A stretch of DNA of 33,617 nucleotides from IMG/VR virus record IMGVR_UViG_3300046710_000123, positions 1 to 33,617 of that record; one strand, given 5' to 3'. Positions 8,701-17,005 of this stretch are shown piece after piece. This DNA comes from a virus. Its lineage: Duplodnaviria; Caudoviricetes. The notes below the pieces were generated by a model that saw nothing but the letters and a program-made list of their open reading frames with translations, was not told the origin of the DNA and did not search any database. Position 1 is the first letter of the stretch; the number at the start of each line of letters is the position of its first letter. The translations under genes and the position numbers were made by a program.

Positions 8701-9185
8701 ACGACATATGGACAAAAATCCAAGAAGTATGGAAGACAATAACAACGTTTTTCAGTGGCCTTACTATTAGTATCCCACAAGGGCTAAAAGATCTTGAAGG
8801 TATTTTAGATAGAATAATTGCGAAACTTTCTCAGGCAAAGGAGGCACCCCCGGATACTGGGAATGCCGGGGCGAAGTCCGCGGGAACCACAAGTGCCTCA
8901 GATGGACCGGTGCCTAAAGCACTCGGAGGCATGGTGAAAGCTGCTGGTGGTTACGGTGTCCTGCAAGGACCACAGATGGTTCTAGCTGGTGAAGCTGGAG
9001 ACGAAGCGTTCGTTCCGTTACAAAGCGGAAGGATACCAGTTCAAATTATTGGAAGAACTAAGGAAGCGCCTGCTGGGCCAACATACATCACCAACGTTAC
9101 AGTAGACAGTGAAGGGATCGTTCGTAAGGTATTCCAAGCAATACAACAGCTCGAAGATTACCACCATTTAAGTCAGAGCATTTGA
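5727..9185 (+). CDS. Tape measure protein
   Basis: N-terminal LGDFVVRINGD, Ala/Gly-rich helices, hydrophobic ANPIG segment, 11-aa Trp repeats, C-terminal ALGG...GPQMVLAGEAGDEAFVPL. Confidence 0.95.
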   Translation: MVSNILGDFVVRINGDITGFIAALAGAKAGMAGMGAAVGAWNAIGVGMSAALTVPIMAVGAVALASAQEVVKGYSIITGQTGATGAELEKLKSQFRDVFSNVPQSATQVATVIATVQDRLRGMNIDVGTTSKSMLDLARVTSESATGLSDAVSKMFKQWPEAAKDVKGTMEALFDTFQATHVPVTQLATDVDKFGTVWREAGFNLRETIAIMAQLDAAGLNSTDIVRGMAYAWSNLQKGSVATKGALADAYTVISAKTKELGLDTSKSSDMMQAFFKGIEDGTIKDSTAVQLFGSRFGANITGAIHEGRISSDAFIKSMAGMPGSLESTATAALTFSQKLDILRHKLEVAFAPLGFSLINMLTGFIPVIESIIGSVAGLVGIFATLPQPLQNSLIILGLFLAAIGPIALITNQLAIGWGLVLGVLTPIAAALGIVTVETGAAAAAQALLSSGLTVAQANAALLALGYGEVDAAILVGSAETGVFNALWAANPIGIIVLAVAALAVGIYLLYTNWKPFRDLVDGVLNALKEAAGVLAKIISDIVGIAPKETKITVNEVKGTQVTTTTPEGPPKTTEYVGPKSQTPTVGETGTQLGPGQYLGSDGTVHNFSDITSPTPPPTSREQEKGPAAPDVGKWFNELGPWGQRLKERVAPQGELVTGQVQVSKEGEPLRTEERTSRKDPMAGSPIEGQLKALGNVDIGSGVDQIGKAFDDVKGRILGVPTAIQNGFAEAFHNITTTLNTWKNAIGKVWDDIVKGAQEAGGRIVGFFQPAINALKAAWNTISSAATTAWNAISGGAKWLGGVLGQIAHIIGQVFTIAWLLISNAAKNAWNALVGFIGPIVTAIGKKWDEIKNAVGKKWDEIREAVGKKWDEIVLAATTKFNEIKDAIGRKWDEVRDAVGAKWDEIKNAVGAKWDEIVTAATTKFNEIKNAIGKVWDGIRDGIGAIWDNIRDTIGRKWDEIRDGATTKGGEVKTAATKPIDDLKTALGKIWDDIWTKIQEVWKTITTFFSGLTISIPQGLKDLEGILDRIIAKLSQAKEAPPDTGNAGAKSAGTTSASDGPVPKALGGMVKAAGGYGVLQGPQMVLAGEAGDEAFVPLQSGRIPVQIIGRTKEAPAGPTYITNVTVDSEGIVRKVFQAIQQLEDYHHLSQSI
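8265..8627 (+). repeat. Eleven 33-bp (11-aa, KWDEIxxAVGx) tandem units with a 132-bp higher-order period
   Basis: AARTGGGATGAR-type units recur every 33 nt; units 1-4 resemble units 5-8 (KFNEIKDAIG/KFNEIKNAIG). Confidence 0.9.
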
Positions 9186-9194
9186 GGAGAAATA

Positions 9195-12100
9195 ATGACA
9201 GAAGTTTGGAAGATTAGGACATCAGACGGAGAAGAATATAATCTTCATACTGGTCCCGCAGCCAGTAAACGTGGTGTAGATCCCACAAAGATATACAATC
9301 TTCAGCAAGGGGGGTACGGGCAATATGGAATGCCTGTGACGATTGAACGTGACAAGGTTCCCCGCGTAGCTGGATCGGAAATTAGAGGTGTAGCGAGGGA
9401 CATTAGAACGATTTATCTACCAATTAGAGTAACAGGGAGAGACGCTGCAGACTTAAGTAGGAACATTTCTAGGTTCAGACAATCTATTGCTCCAGAAAAT
9501 GAATTACAACTTTGGATAACAAATGCTGAAGGCATAACTAAAGTATTATACTGTAGATATGCAAAAGGATTTGAAACTGCTGCAGATGAAGGGAATACAA
9601 CTGGAATTGACTGGAAACTATTTCCATTATATTTAGAAGCAGATGATCCTTATTGGTATGATCCTCCTGGTGGTGAGCTGTCACGTAATTTTTCAACTTT
9701 ACCATGGAACTCTGAATTTTTCACGTTTAATGTCATTACGGGGTTTGCACAAGATGCACACATCGGGGATACAAGAGTTACAATAACAGACACATCAAAC
9801 TTTGCACCAGGAAAAGCTGTGATGCTCCGTGGCAGTAAAATTGTTATTGCTAATGAGATTGATGTTTCAGAAGAAGCTGAACTCACAGACTCTACTGCAG
9901 AACCAATTCCAACGAATGTTTATTTGGCAGTAAGTACCGAAACCCCACAATTAAATCAACCAATCCAAATATCTGGAAAGGTTGTAGACATGCAAACCGG
10001 GAAAGGTTTGGCAGATCGGATAATCGAACTGACCAGAACATTTCTAGGTGGAGGTAGCAATCAAACAAATACGCAAACTTCTACAATAGTTCAAACGCAA
10101 ACCACCGGAAACGTGTCTGGCTCTGGTAATGTTATAACCTTTGGATCCCAATCACAAAGTGTTACTCAAACTAGTACATCAGTTAATATTTGTATTACTG
10201 ATTCTAAAGGGAATTTTAACTTCACTGATATACTTGGGTTGGATGGTATATTTAATTATAAAGCGCATTTCAAAGGATCGGACTGGAGCCATCTGGGACC
10301 TTCTGGAGATAGCCATCCGGGTCCGGATTTTGGTCATCATGGTGAATCAGAACATTCCAAAACTATACGGGTAGGATCAACAACCGCAACGACTCTCACA
10401 CTTGTCACTTCTAACACAAACCCTGGGCGCAACGTTCAATTCAAACTTTACGGATTACTTACCACAAGTGGTAAACCAATAAAGAATGCGCATATTCGAC
10501 TTTATAAATCTTCTCCAAGTGGGGGTAATGAGATAGGACAAACGGCTACGAATTCTAACGGGGAGTACTCTTTCCTTCGATCAGAACCGGTTGATTCGTG
10601 GTGCACATATGAAGTTGTCTTTAGTGGCGCAGGTGGGATGCCGGATGCTGACATCCAAAAGCGGAAGATGTGGATTTTTTATGATAACCTATACCGAAAG
10701 ATGTTTGATATGTATGATGCGCTCTACGCGAGGATGTATAAATTAACACACGCTGACGCATATCTACCTAAAAACAACCCGTTTTTAAACAAACCGAATC
10801 CTTTTGGGGACTATCCACCCGGGGGTTACGCAATAGCGTCGGCAAAGATACATGTTAAGATCGGATCTCCATCGTATCCAATAAATTACAGAGTTGCGTT
10901 AACTCCTAATCAAATAAATGATGGAGAGATCCAATACTTTGGGAACTCTACAACTGGAACAAAACCAACATTCAACTCAGTTATATTGATTGCAGAATCT
11001 GAATACGAAGTTGGTACGTCAGGAACTCGTTCAACTTATGCAGCAGAACGTGCGACAATCGTAGCTCAAGGGTTCACTCCTATGATTGATATCTCCGTTG
11101 TGACTGATAAACTTGCAGCACTATCGGATAAAGAAACGTGGATTCAAGGACTTTATGGTGTGGGATGGAGATACTTCTGCGGGCTTAACTCTAAAGGACG
11201 CTCTGGCGATCCTGCATACCTACGCGGGCTTCATAGCGATATAAATTATATTAACTACAATTCCGCTCCAAGAGGTTCCACTGGAACGCAACCGGATATT
11301 TCAGGAACTGGTGTTTATAAAAACAGTTTTGAATGTATGTCAGACTTGGCAGTTTCATACATTGAACAGTTTACAACGGCGGCGTGGGGAGCAACTCCAT
11401 CAGTCAAAAGCGGGCTTCTTGCTCCTATAATAATGAATCCGACCGTTAATCCGATGCTAGTAAATTCTGTAGCAGATGCATATCCAGCATATCGTGATAT
11501 ACTTGATTGGACTTATGCAGAATCTGTTGGGATGGACAATTTTACAGTATGGTTCCATCCTAAATACAATTCACCTAGTGCAAGAGACATCGTTCCAGAA
11601 CAACTTAGTATATATAAATTTCTTTTGTTTGATGACATGCTCCAACAGATGCAAGAAGCATACCCGCCGATTCCAATAAGTGGGGCGGGATGGATAGAAC
11701 CTACTGTAAAGGCGGTATCACTCTCACTTGATTACTCTCTTAACCCACTTACATTCACGGGGGTACTTACGTGGATAAAAGATGAAACTCCAATTCCTGG
11801 TGCCGAAATTGCATTACAATTACACGCATATTCAAAGATTGGTGATATGTCCCGCGAAAGTACACCATTATCACACGTAAGTTCCGCCAGTGTACTCAAA
11901 GAGCAGAAAGTTATCTTATTCGATAGTACATCTGGGTTTATTGCAGGAGCAACTGTTGAGATCTCTGATTCCATACTCCACCACGAAACTGGAGTAATCG
12001 CCACCGTAGCAGCGGGAAGTATAACACTAGTCGATAACCTCACAAAGGATTACAATATAACCACTCCTGAAATAGTTTATCCAATCGTCGCACAAATAAC

Positions 12101-14081
12101 AATTCCTGCTGGGCAAAAAGTGGTCCCATTGAATGATACTAGTGGGTTTATTATTGGTGGGGATATTACAATCTCGGATGCAGCGCATTCTGAAACTGGG
12201 GTGCTAACAAGTATCCAAACAAACGCAAGTTTAACACTTACTTCAAATCTTACCAACAGTTATTCTTCGCCAACGGTGACGCAAACAAGCTGGCCTTCTG
12301 GGCAAAAAGTGATTCATGTAGCACAAACAGTCGATTTCGCTGTTGGAAACTCCATTATTGTTGCCGATACTACCAACACCGAGGCTGCAAATACAATAGT
12401 TTCAATAAGTGGGGGAGCACTCACACTTACTAACAATTTAGTACATAAATATGCTATGGATGCAACTGTGAACAATACGGGTAGTAGTGCGTGGAGAACT
12501 ATCGCTACTACCGCAACAGATATTGATGGTAAATATTCAGTAAATATAGGGCGTGTTATAAAACGCAGTAGCGATAATGCAGCAAAGAATCAAAAGATTG
12601 TTAAAACAATAGAAACAAACGGTTTTATTGTTGGTTCACATGTAAAGATATCTGATGCTCTGCATTCAGAAATAGGGGTGATAGCAAGTATAACTACTAA
12701 CACAAGTATAACACTTGTCTCAAATCTTACTCAAGATTATATAACACCACTAATTACTGCATATAATCCGCCAGGAGAACATTGGTATAGGGTATATTTT
12801 GCCGGAGGATCGTTAGGCGGGAAAACGTACATGTCGTGTTATACTCCAACAGACGATGGGATACAGATATTACATCTTACTGATTATGAAACACTAGCAA
12901 TATCTCAAGCAAACACGGTAGCTTCAGTGGATAGTCCAACCGTATTAACCCTCAACACACCACTGTCAGAAGAGTATCTTGTGTCAAATGAGTGTTATAT
13001 AACGGAAACTGATATGATAGACACATTCCTTAATCCAACAGATACCGTCACGCGAACTATGAGTAATGGGATTGAACTTGTGGTATTCTGGTTACGTGGT
13101 TGCCCACCGTGTTACGGTGTTAAAAACCAAGTTTCTGCCCTTCAGACGGAATTTGCAAACATATCTACAACATTCGTAGAAATAGAAGATCACTGGGCGG
13201 ATCCCATAACACACTTAGTCCCACCACATTATAATCCCGTTACAGGGGCATTATTAGTTGCAGAACATAGCGCAATTGATGAAATGGGGTATCTAAATAT
13301 AGGGATGGATGATGCAGCAGTAAGGTATCCAATGGCGTATAACTTTGCACTAAAATGTGGACCATTTTATCCAAAACCGAGTGTTATCGGCGGCATAATG
13401 CCCGCGGTTCTATGCGTATACAGAGATGGATTATTTATTAAAGCGTGGTGTGGAGTGCATACTACTGGAATTGATCCAGTTTCTAAGATAACAATACAAG
13501 ACACTTGCGGGCCACGACTCACATGGAAGTTTGGTACAAGTTATATCGCAAATAAAGTTATAATCATTAATCGTGGAGACGACAGCGCATATCCAGTATG
13601 GACAATAACCGGACCTGGTCGATGGCCAACGTTTAAGAATATCACAACCGGTGAATCAATTAGTTTGGATTACGATCTGATCGCGGGTGAAACAGTTGTC
13701 CTAGATACTCGCGAATTTGCACATACATGTTATAGCACTCGGTCATCAAGTTATACCGGAACTGGATATATGGAATCGGTCACGTGCCCAACATGTAAAG
13801 GGAAAGGCGCAATACCGTCATCGTGTGAAAACTGTGGGGGGTCTGAGATATGTCCAACTTGCCACGGTTCGGGAACTGTCAATCGCTGGGTTGTTGGTAC
13901 GCTAGGAACAACTTCTGATGTTAGCGGTATGTATAATTTACGTTACGCAATAGATATAAATGAACGGTATATGTGGGGTTTTGCTCCAGGTGCAAACATT
14001 ATAGAAGTTGAGATGGGTGTTACAGAATATGGAAAAAGCAATATTAACATGACACTTATGCAAAGATTTGAAGGTGCATAA
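9195..14081 (+). CDS. Giant distal tail protein (Dit) with nested inserted domains
   Basis: Follows the TMP. Dit N-part (RDIRTIYLPI...LYCRY...LEADDPYWYD) and C-part (INRGDDSAYPVWTITGP...GETVVLDT...WGFAPGANII) flank about 1270 aa of insertions. Confidence 0.85.
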   Translation: MTEVWKIRTSDGEEYNLHTGPAASKRGVDPTKIYNLQQGGYGQYGMPVTIERDKVPRVAGSEIRGVARDIRTIYLPIRVTGRDAADLSRNISRFRQSIAPENELQLWITNAEGITKVLYCRYAKGFETAADEGNTTGIDWKLFPLYLEADDPYWYDPPGGELSRNFSTLPWNSEFFTFNVITGFAQDAHIGDTRVTITDTSNFAPGKAVMLRGSKIVIANEIDVSEEAELTDSTAEPIPTNVYLAVSTETPQLNQPIQISGKVVDMQTGKGLADRIIELTRTFLGGGSNQTNTQTSTIVQTQTTGNVSGSGNVITFGSQSQSVTQTSTSVNICITDSKGNFNFTDILGLDGIFNYKAHFKGSDWSHLGPSGDSHPGPDFGHHGESEHSKTIRVGSTTATTLTLVTSNTNPGRNVQFKLYGLLTTSGKPIKNAHIRLYKSSPSGGNEIGQTATNSNGEYSFLRSEPVDSWCTYEVVFSGAGGMPDADIQKRKMWIFYDNLYRKMFDMYDALYARMYKLTHADAYLPKNNPFLNKPNPFGDYPPGGYAIASAKIHVKIGSPSYPINYRVALTPNQINDGEIQYFGNSTTGTKPTFNSVILIAESEYEVGTSGTRSTYAAERATIVAQGFTPMIDISVVTDKLAALSDKETWIQGLYGVGWRYFCGLNSKGRSGDPAYLRGLHSDINYINYNSAPRGSTGTQPDISGTGVYKNSFECMSDLAVSYIEQFTTAAWGATPSVKSGLLAPIIMNPTVNPMLVNSVADAYPAYRDILDWTYAESVGMDNFTVWFHPKYNSPSARDIVPEQLSIYKFLLFDDMLQQMQEAYPPIPISGAGWIEPTVKAVSLSLDYSLNPLTFTGVLTWIKDETPIPGAEIALQLHAYSKIGDMSRESTPLSHVSSASVLKEQKVILFDSTSGFIAGATVEISDSILHHETGVIATVAAGSITLVDNLTKDYNITTPEIVYPIVAQITIPAGQKVVPLNDTSGFIIGGDITISDAAHSETGVLTSIQTNASLTLTSNLTNSYSSPTVTQTSWPSGQKVIHVAQTVDFAVGNSIIVADTTNTEAANTIVSISGGALTLTNNLVHKYAMDATVNNTGSSAWRTIATTATDIDGKYSVNIGRVIKRSSDNAAKNQKIVKTIETNGFIVGSHVKISDALHSEIGVIASITTNTSITLVSNLTQDYITPLITAYNPPGEHWYRVYFAGGSLGGKTYMSCYTPTDDGIQILHLTDYETLAISQANTVASVDSPTVLTLNTPLSEEYLVSNECYITETDMIDTFLNPTDTVTRTMSNGIELVVFWLRGCPPCYGVKNQVSALQTEFANISTTFVEIEDHWADPITHLVPPHYNPVTGALLVAEHSAIDEMGYLNIGMDDAAVRYPMAYNFALKCGPFYPKPSVIGGIMPAVLCVYRDGLFIKAWCGVHTTGIDPVSKITIQDTCGPRLTWKFGTSYIANKVIIINRGDDSAYPVWTITGPGRWPTFKNITTGESISLDYDLIAGETVVLDTREFAHTCYSTRSSSYTGTGYMESVTCPTCKGKGAIPSSCENCGGSEICPTCHGSGTVNRWVVGTLGTTSDVSGMYNLRYAIDINERYMWGFAPGANIIEVEMGVTEYGKSNINMTLMQRFEGA

Positions 14082-16475
14082 ATGGTAATTCATGAAGATC
14101 GGTGTATAGTTAAGTATTCTAATTATCCTACTACTGGAACTACAGTTACGAACGAAGGTATTGGTGGAGTTATGTATAACGGAACTGCTAATGATAATAA
14201 TTATTCATCATTACCAAGCGGTGCTACATGTTTTGCGTTTAATAATACCACCGATGCCGTCGTAATCCCATCGGGTGGAGTAAAAACTAATTCCCCGTTC
14301 ACAATTGAATTAGTATTCTACCTTAATTCTATTAGTCCAACGAATGGTTGTATTCCACTTGTAGGTGCTGGGTGGAACTTTTATTTTCAAATAGGCCCAG
14401 ATGGGAGCGGGATCATCTTTAAACAGGGACCCCCAGCAGATTGGACAAAATATATTCTCGGATCTTTTTCGGCAGGAATTTTTACCTCTAACAAGTGGTA
14501 TCATGTGCAAATAACGTGGGACACATCAGTTTTCACTTCAATACCATCTATGAAGGTTAATAATATCGATATAACAACATACAAGGGAACTGTGGGAACT
14601 ATAACACAATGGGTCGGGGATACGGCGTTTAATATCGGTGGAGTATCAACTTGGCCACCTACCGTAAAAATAGCGTTATTCCGTTTTCATGATCGCATCC
14701 TTACTTCAGAAGAACTTACTGATAATTACTACGCTGACAACTGGCGTTACACATATGTAAAACCGTTCCAATCCGTTCCTGAAGAAGAAGAAGAAGATGC
14801 CAGTATCCCACCCGTTGTTTCCCGTTTGCCAAAAACATCACGACCAAGCGCGTTAGTCGACGCGGACTGTAGAATAATCATACGAAATGCGGATCTTGAA
14901 GATGTTGGGGAAATCACTCGGTTCTCTCAGTGGGTTCACACGCTAAAACTTAATGAAATAAGTAGTTGGCAGCTTGATATGACTACTGACGATTTTCGGA
15001 AGTATGACATTGATGAAAATACTGGGATCCTTTTTTACCGCGACAATGACCTACTTATTGATGGTCCAATAATGCCAAATGGGATTAAACATACATTATC
15101 TTCTGGTGTTGAAACTACAACTATAATCGGGGGGTGTGATCTTGCCTATTTGGTTGGGCGAATTTGTTATCCTGTTGTTACTGGTCCATTGTTTGATACT
15201 AAACTCGAAAGTTGGCGTTTTGGTGTTCAACGTTCTGCGGTAGGAATTAATTCTGCAATCAAAACAGGATGTGAAACCAAAGAAGAATATGATATCCCGC
15301 TTGTTTTGGACAATGCCGAAAGTTATTTAGTTGGATCAACTTGTAATTGGCTTACGGAAGATGGGCATCTTGTTACTGAATGGCATGATGAAAAGTTGAA
15401 GGGAAGTAACAATCGTGATGAACAATATCTATTTAATACAGCACCGATAGTGATGACTGGTGTGGATCTTAGCACAAACACAATTACGATAGATGTTCCG
15501 CAGGGGGTGTCCAACGGAGGAACACAACCAAGGGAACTTTACGCACCGCCAATCCCAGCAGGGGGGAGAATTTATCAAACATCTGGAGGGATTGTTAACG
15601 ATCCAGATTATGAAGGGTTCGATGTTAGAACGGGAACTGCCGATGATGTTGTAAAACAACTTGTTTGGTTTAATGCTGGACGTGGTGCTTGTGCAGACCA
15701 TTTTGGAACTAGAGCTATACCAAAACTTGAAATCGCGGACCCCAACCAGTTTGGGTCGACAGTAACGGCAAACAGTCGTGGAGAAACATTACTAACACAA
15801 GTCCAGAACGTGTGTCTAAGTGGAGGGATCAATTTTAAGATCACCCAAAAAGGCATGGGACAAGAAGAAAAGACGCTCGTATTCGACACCTTTGCCGGAG
15901 CCGATTTGTCAGTAGATGGAAATCTTATATTTAGCATCGAAGGCGGGAACCTTAAAGAATACACTTATTCATACGGTCCGCCGACCGCAAACTATGTTTG
16001 GGGCTGTGGTCCAAATACCGGCCCAGATAAACTTATGTTGCCAAGCGGGAATCAAAGATCCATAGATGATTATGGTAGATGGGAAAGTTGGATTAGTAAT
16101 GTAACCGCAAGTGCTGGTAGCACTGCTGAGAATCCCGATCCGCCTGCAACAATTGCCGCTAATATGGTTCAAGCTAATAATATAGCACTCGCAAAATCGG
16201 TCATCAATGCAAACCTGACACTTACGATACAAGAAACTGATCAAGTTCGTTATCCCCGTGATTTTTCTATTGGAGACAAAGTTGGGATAATGGTTGGCAA
16301 ATCACAGAAAAAACAACTTAATGAAATAATTACTACTCTTGTTTATTCAATACCTGGACAAACAGGAACCGCGTCCGGGTCTGCATTGATGGCTGTTCTT
16401 ACTAAACAGGAAACACGGTCTATGTTACAACAAAGAGCCACTAGTAAATTATTACAACAAATGGCTATGGTGTGA
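14082..16475 (+). CDS. Baseplate hub (ReqiPepy6 Gp37-like) with N-terminal LamG/ConA-like domain
   Basis: aa 1-225: FTIELVF...NKWYHVQITWD...FRFHDRILTSEE (LamG). After an acidic linker: LKLNEISSWQL...FSIEGGNLKEYTYSYGPPTANYV...YGRWESW...DFSIGDKV. Confidence 0.8.
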   Translation: MVIHEDRCIVKYSNYPTTGTTVTNEGIGGVMYNGTANDNNYSSLPSGATCFAFNNTTDAVVIPSGGVKTNSPFTIELVFYLNSISPTNGCIPLVGAGWNFYFQIGPDGSGIIFKQGPPADWTKYILGSFSAGIFTSNKWYHVQITWDTSVFTSIPSMKVNNIDITTYKGTVGTITQWVGDTAFNIGGVSTWPPTVKIALFRFHDRILTSEELTDNYYADNWRYTYVKPFQSVPEEEEEDASIPPVVSRLPKTSRPSALVDADCRIIIRNADLEDVGEITRFSQWVHTLKLNEISSWQLDMTTDDFRKYDIDENTGILFYRDNDLLIDGPIMPNGIKHTLSSGVETTTIIGGCDLAYLVGRICYPVVTGPLFDTKLESWRFGVQRSAVGINSAIKTGCETKEEYDIPLVLDNAESYLVGSTCNWLTEDGHLVTEWHDEKLKGSNNRDEQYLFNTAPIVMTGVDLSTNTITIDVPQGVSNGGTQPRELYAPPIPAGGRIYQTSGGIVNDPDYEGFDVRTGTADDVVKQLVWFNAGRGACADHFGTRAIPKLEIADPNQFGSTVTANSRGETLLTQVQNVCLSGGINFKITQKGMGQEEKTLVFDTFAGADLSVDGNLIFSIEGGNLKEYTYSYGPPTANYVWGCGPNTGPDKLMLPSGNQRSIDDYGRWESWISNVTASAGSTAENPDPPATIAANMVQANNIALAKSVINANLTLTIQETDQVRYPRDFSIGDKVGIMVGKSQKKQLNEIITTLVYSIPGQTGTASGSALMAVLTKQETRSMLQQRATSKLLQQMAMV

Positions 16476-16483
16476 AGTAAAAA

Positions 16484-16984
16484 ATGTTAAAACAAACACA
16501 AGATGAATATAGAGATGCTGTAGCAGAAGCAATAATAAATGCACGTGGAGACCTTAGAGTGCACGGACATACAATAGATGATCATCAAGCTTCGTTAGAC
16601 TGGCACAACGATCGATTGGATGCTAATGCCACTACACTCAACTCTCACGGATCTGCAATAAGTGGCAACACAGCAAGCATAAATACGTTGAATAGTCAAG
16701 TAGATAATTCGGCTGGATCTTTTCCAGGCGCTGAGTTTTGGGTATTTGGAATTGGATCAACCCACTCGTGTTTTGGGAGACGTTGGACCACTCTTGGCTG
16801 GGGTACTTGGTTTGATATAGGTGGGACATGGTATTGCAACCCCAATTGGACATACGGACCAGGATACCGTGTTGATGTTTGGTGTGTTGGAACCAATGCT
16901 CACATGTACCAAAGAACATGCTTTCCAGGTTCGTGGGTGTGGTCCGGATGGGGTGACCTTGGTGGCGTCCTTTTCCAATATTAA
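16484..16984 (+). CDS. Coiled-coil plus two lectin-like beta-propeller blades (putative receptor-binding fibre)
   Basis: Heptad region LNSHGSAISGNTASINTLNSQV, then two repeats VFGIGS.H....R.W...GWGTWFDIGG / VWCVGT.AHMYQR....WSGWGDLGG. Confidence 0.65.
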   Translation: MLKQTQDEYRDAVAEAIINARGDLRVHGHTIDDHQASLDWHNDRLDANATTLNSHGSAISGNTASINTLNSQVDNSAGSFPGAEFWVFGIGSTHSCFGRRWTTLGWGTWFDIGGTWYCNPNWTYGPGYRVDVWCVGTNAHMYQRTCFPGSWVWSGWGDLGGVLFQY

Positions 16985-17005
16985 AAGTATGGTGGTAAAT
17001 TAAAA

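Noticed and set aside
7997-8780. Long minus-strand ORFs (236 and 195 aa) with repeats
   Set aside because: Antisense shadows of the TMP 33-bp repeats; no independent signals.
9720-13520. Dit insertion as an intein or intron
   Set aside because: No Cys/Ser...His-Asn splice motifs or LAGLIDADG blocks recognised; the frame is continuous with structural-type domains.
16727-16984. Lectin C-terminus as a diversity-generating retroelement target
   Set aside because: No template repeat or reverse transcriptase seen in the window; cannot be excluded elsewhere in the genome.
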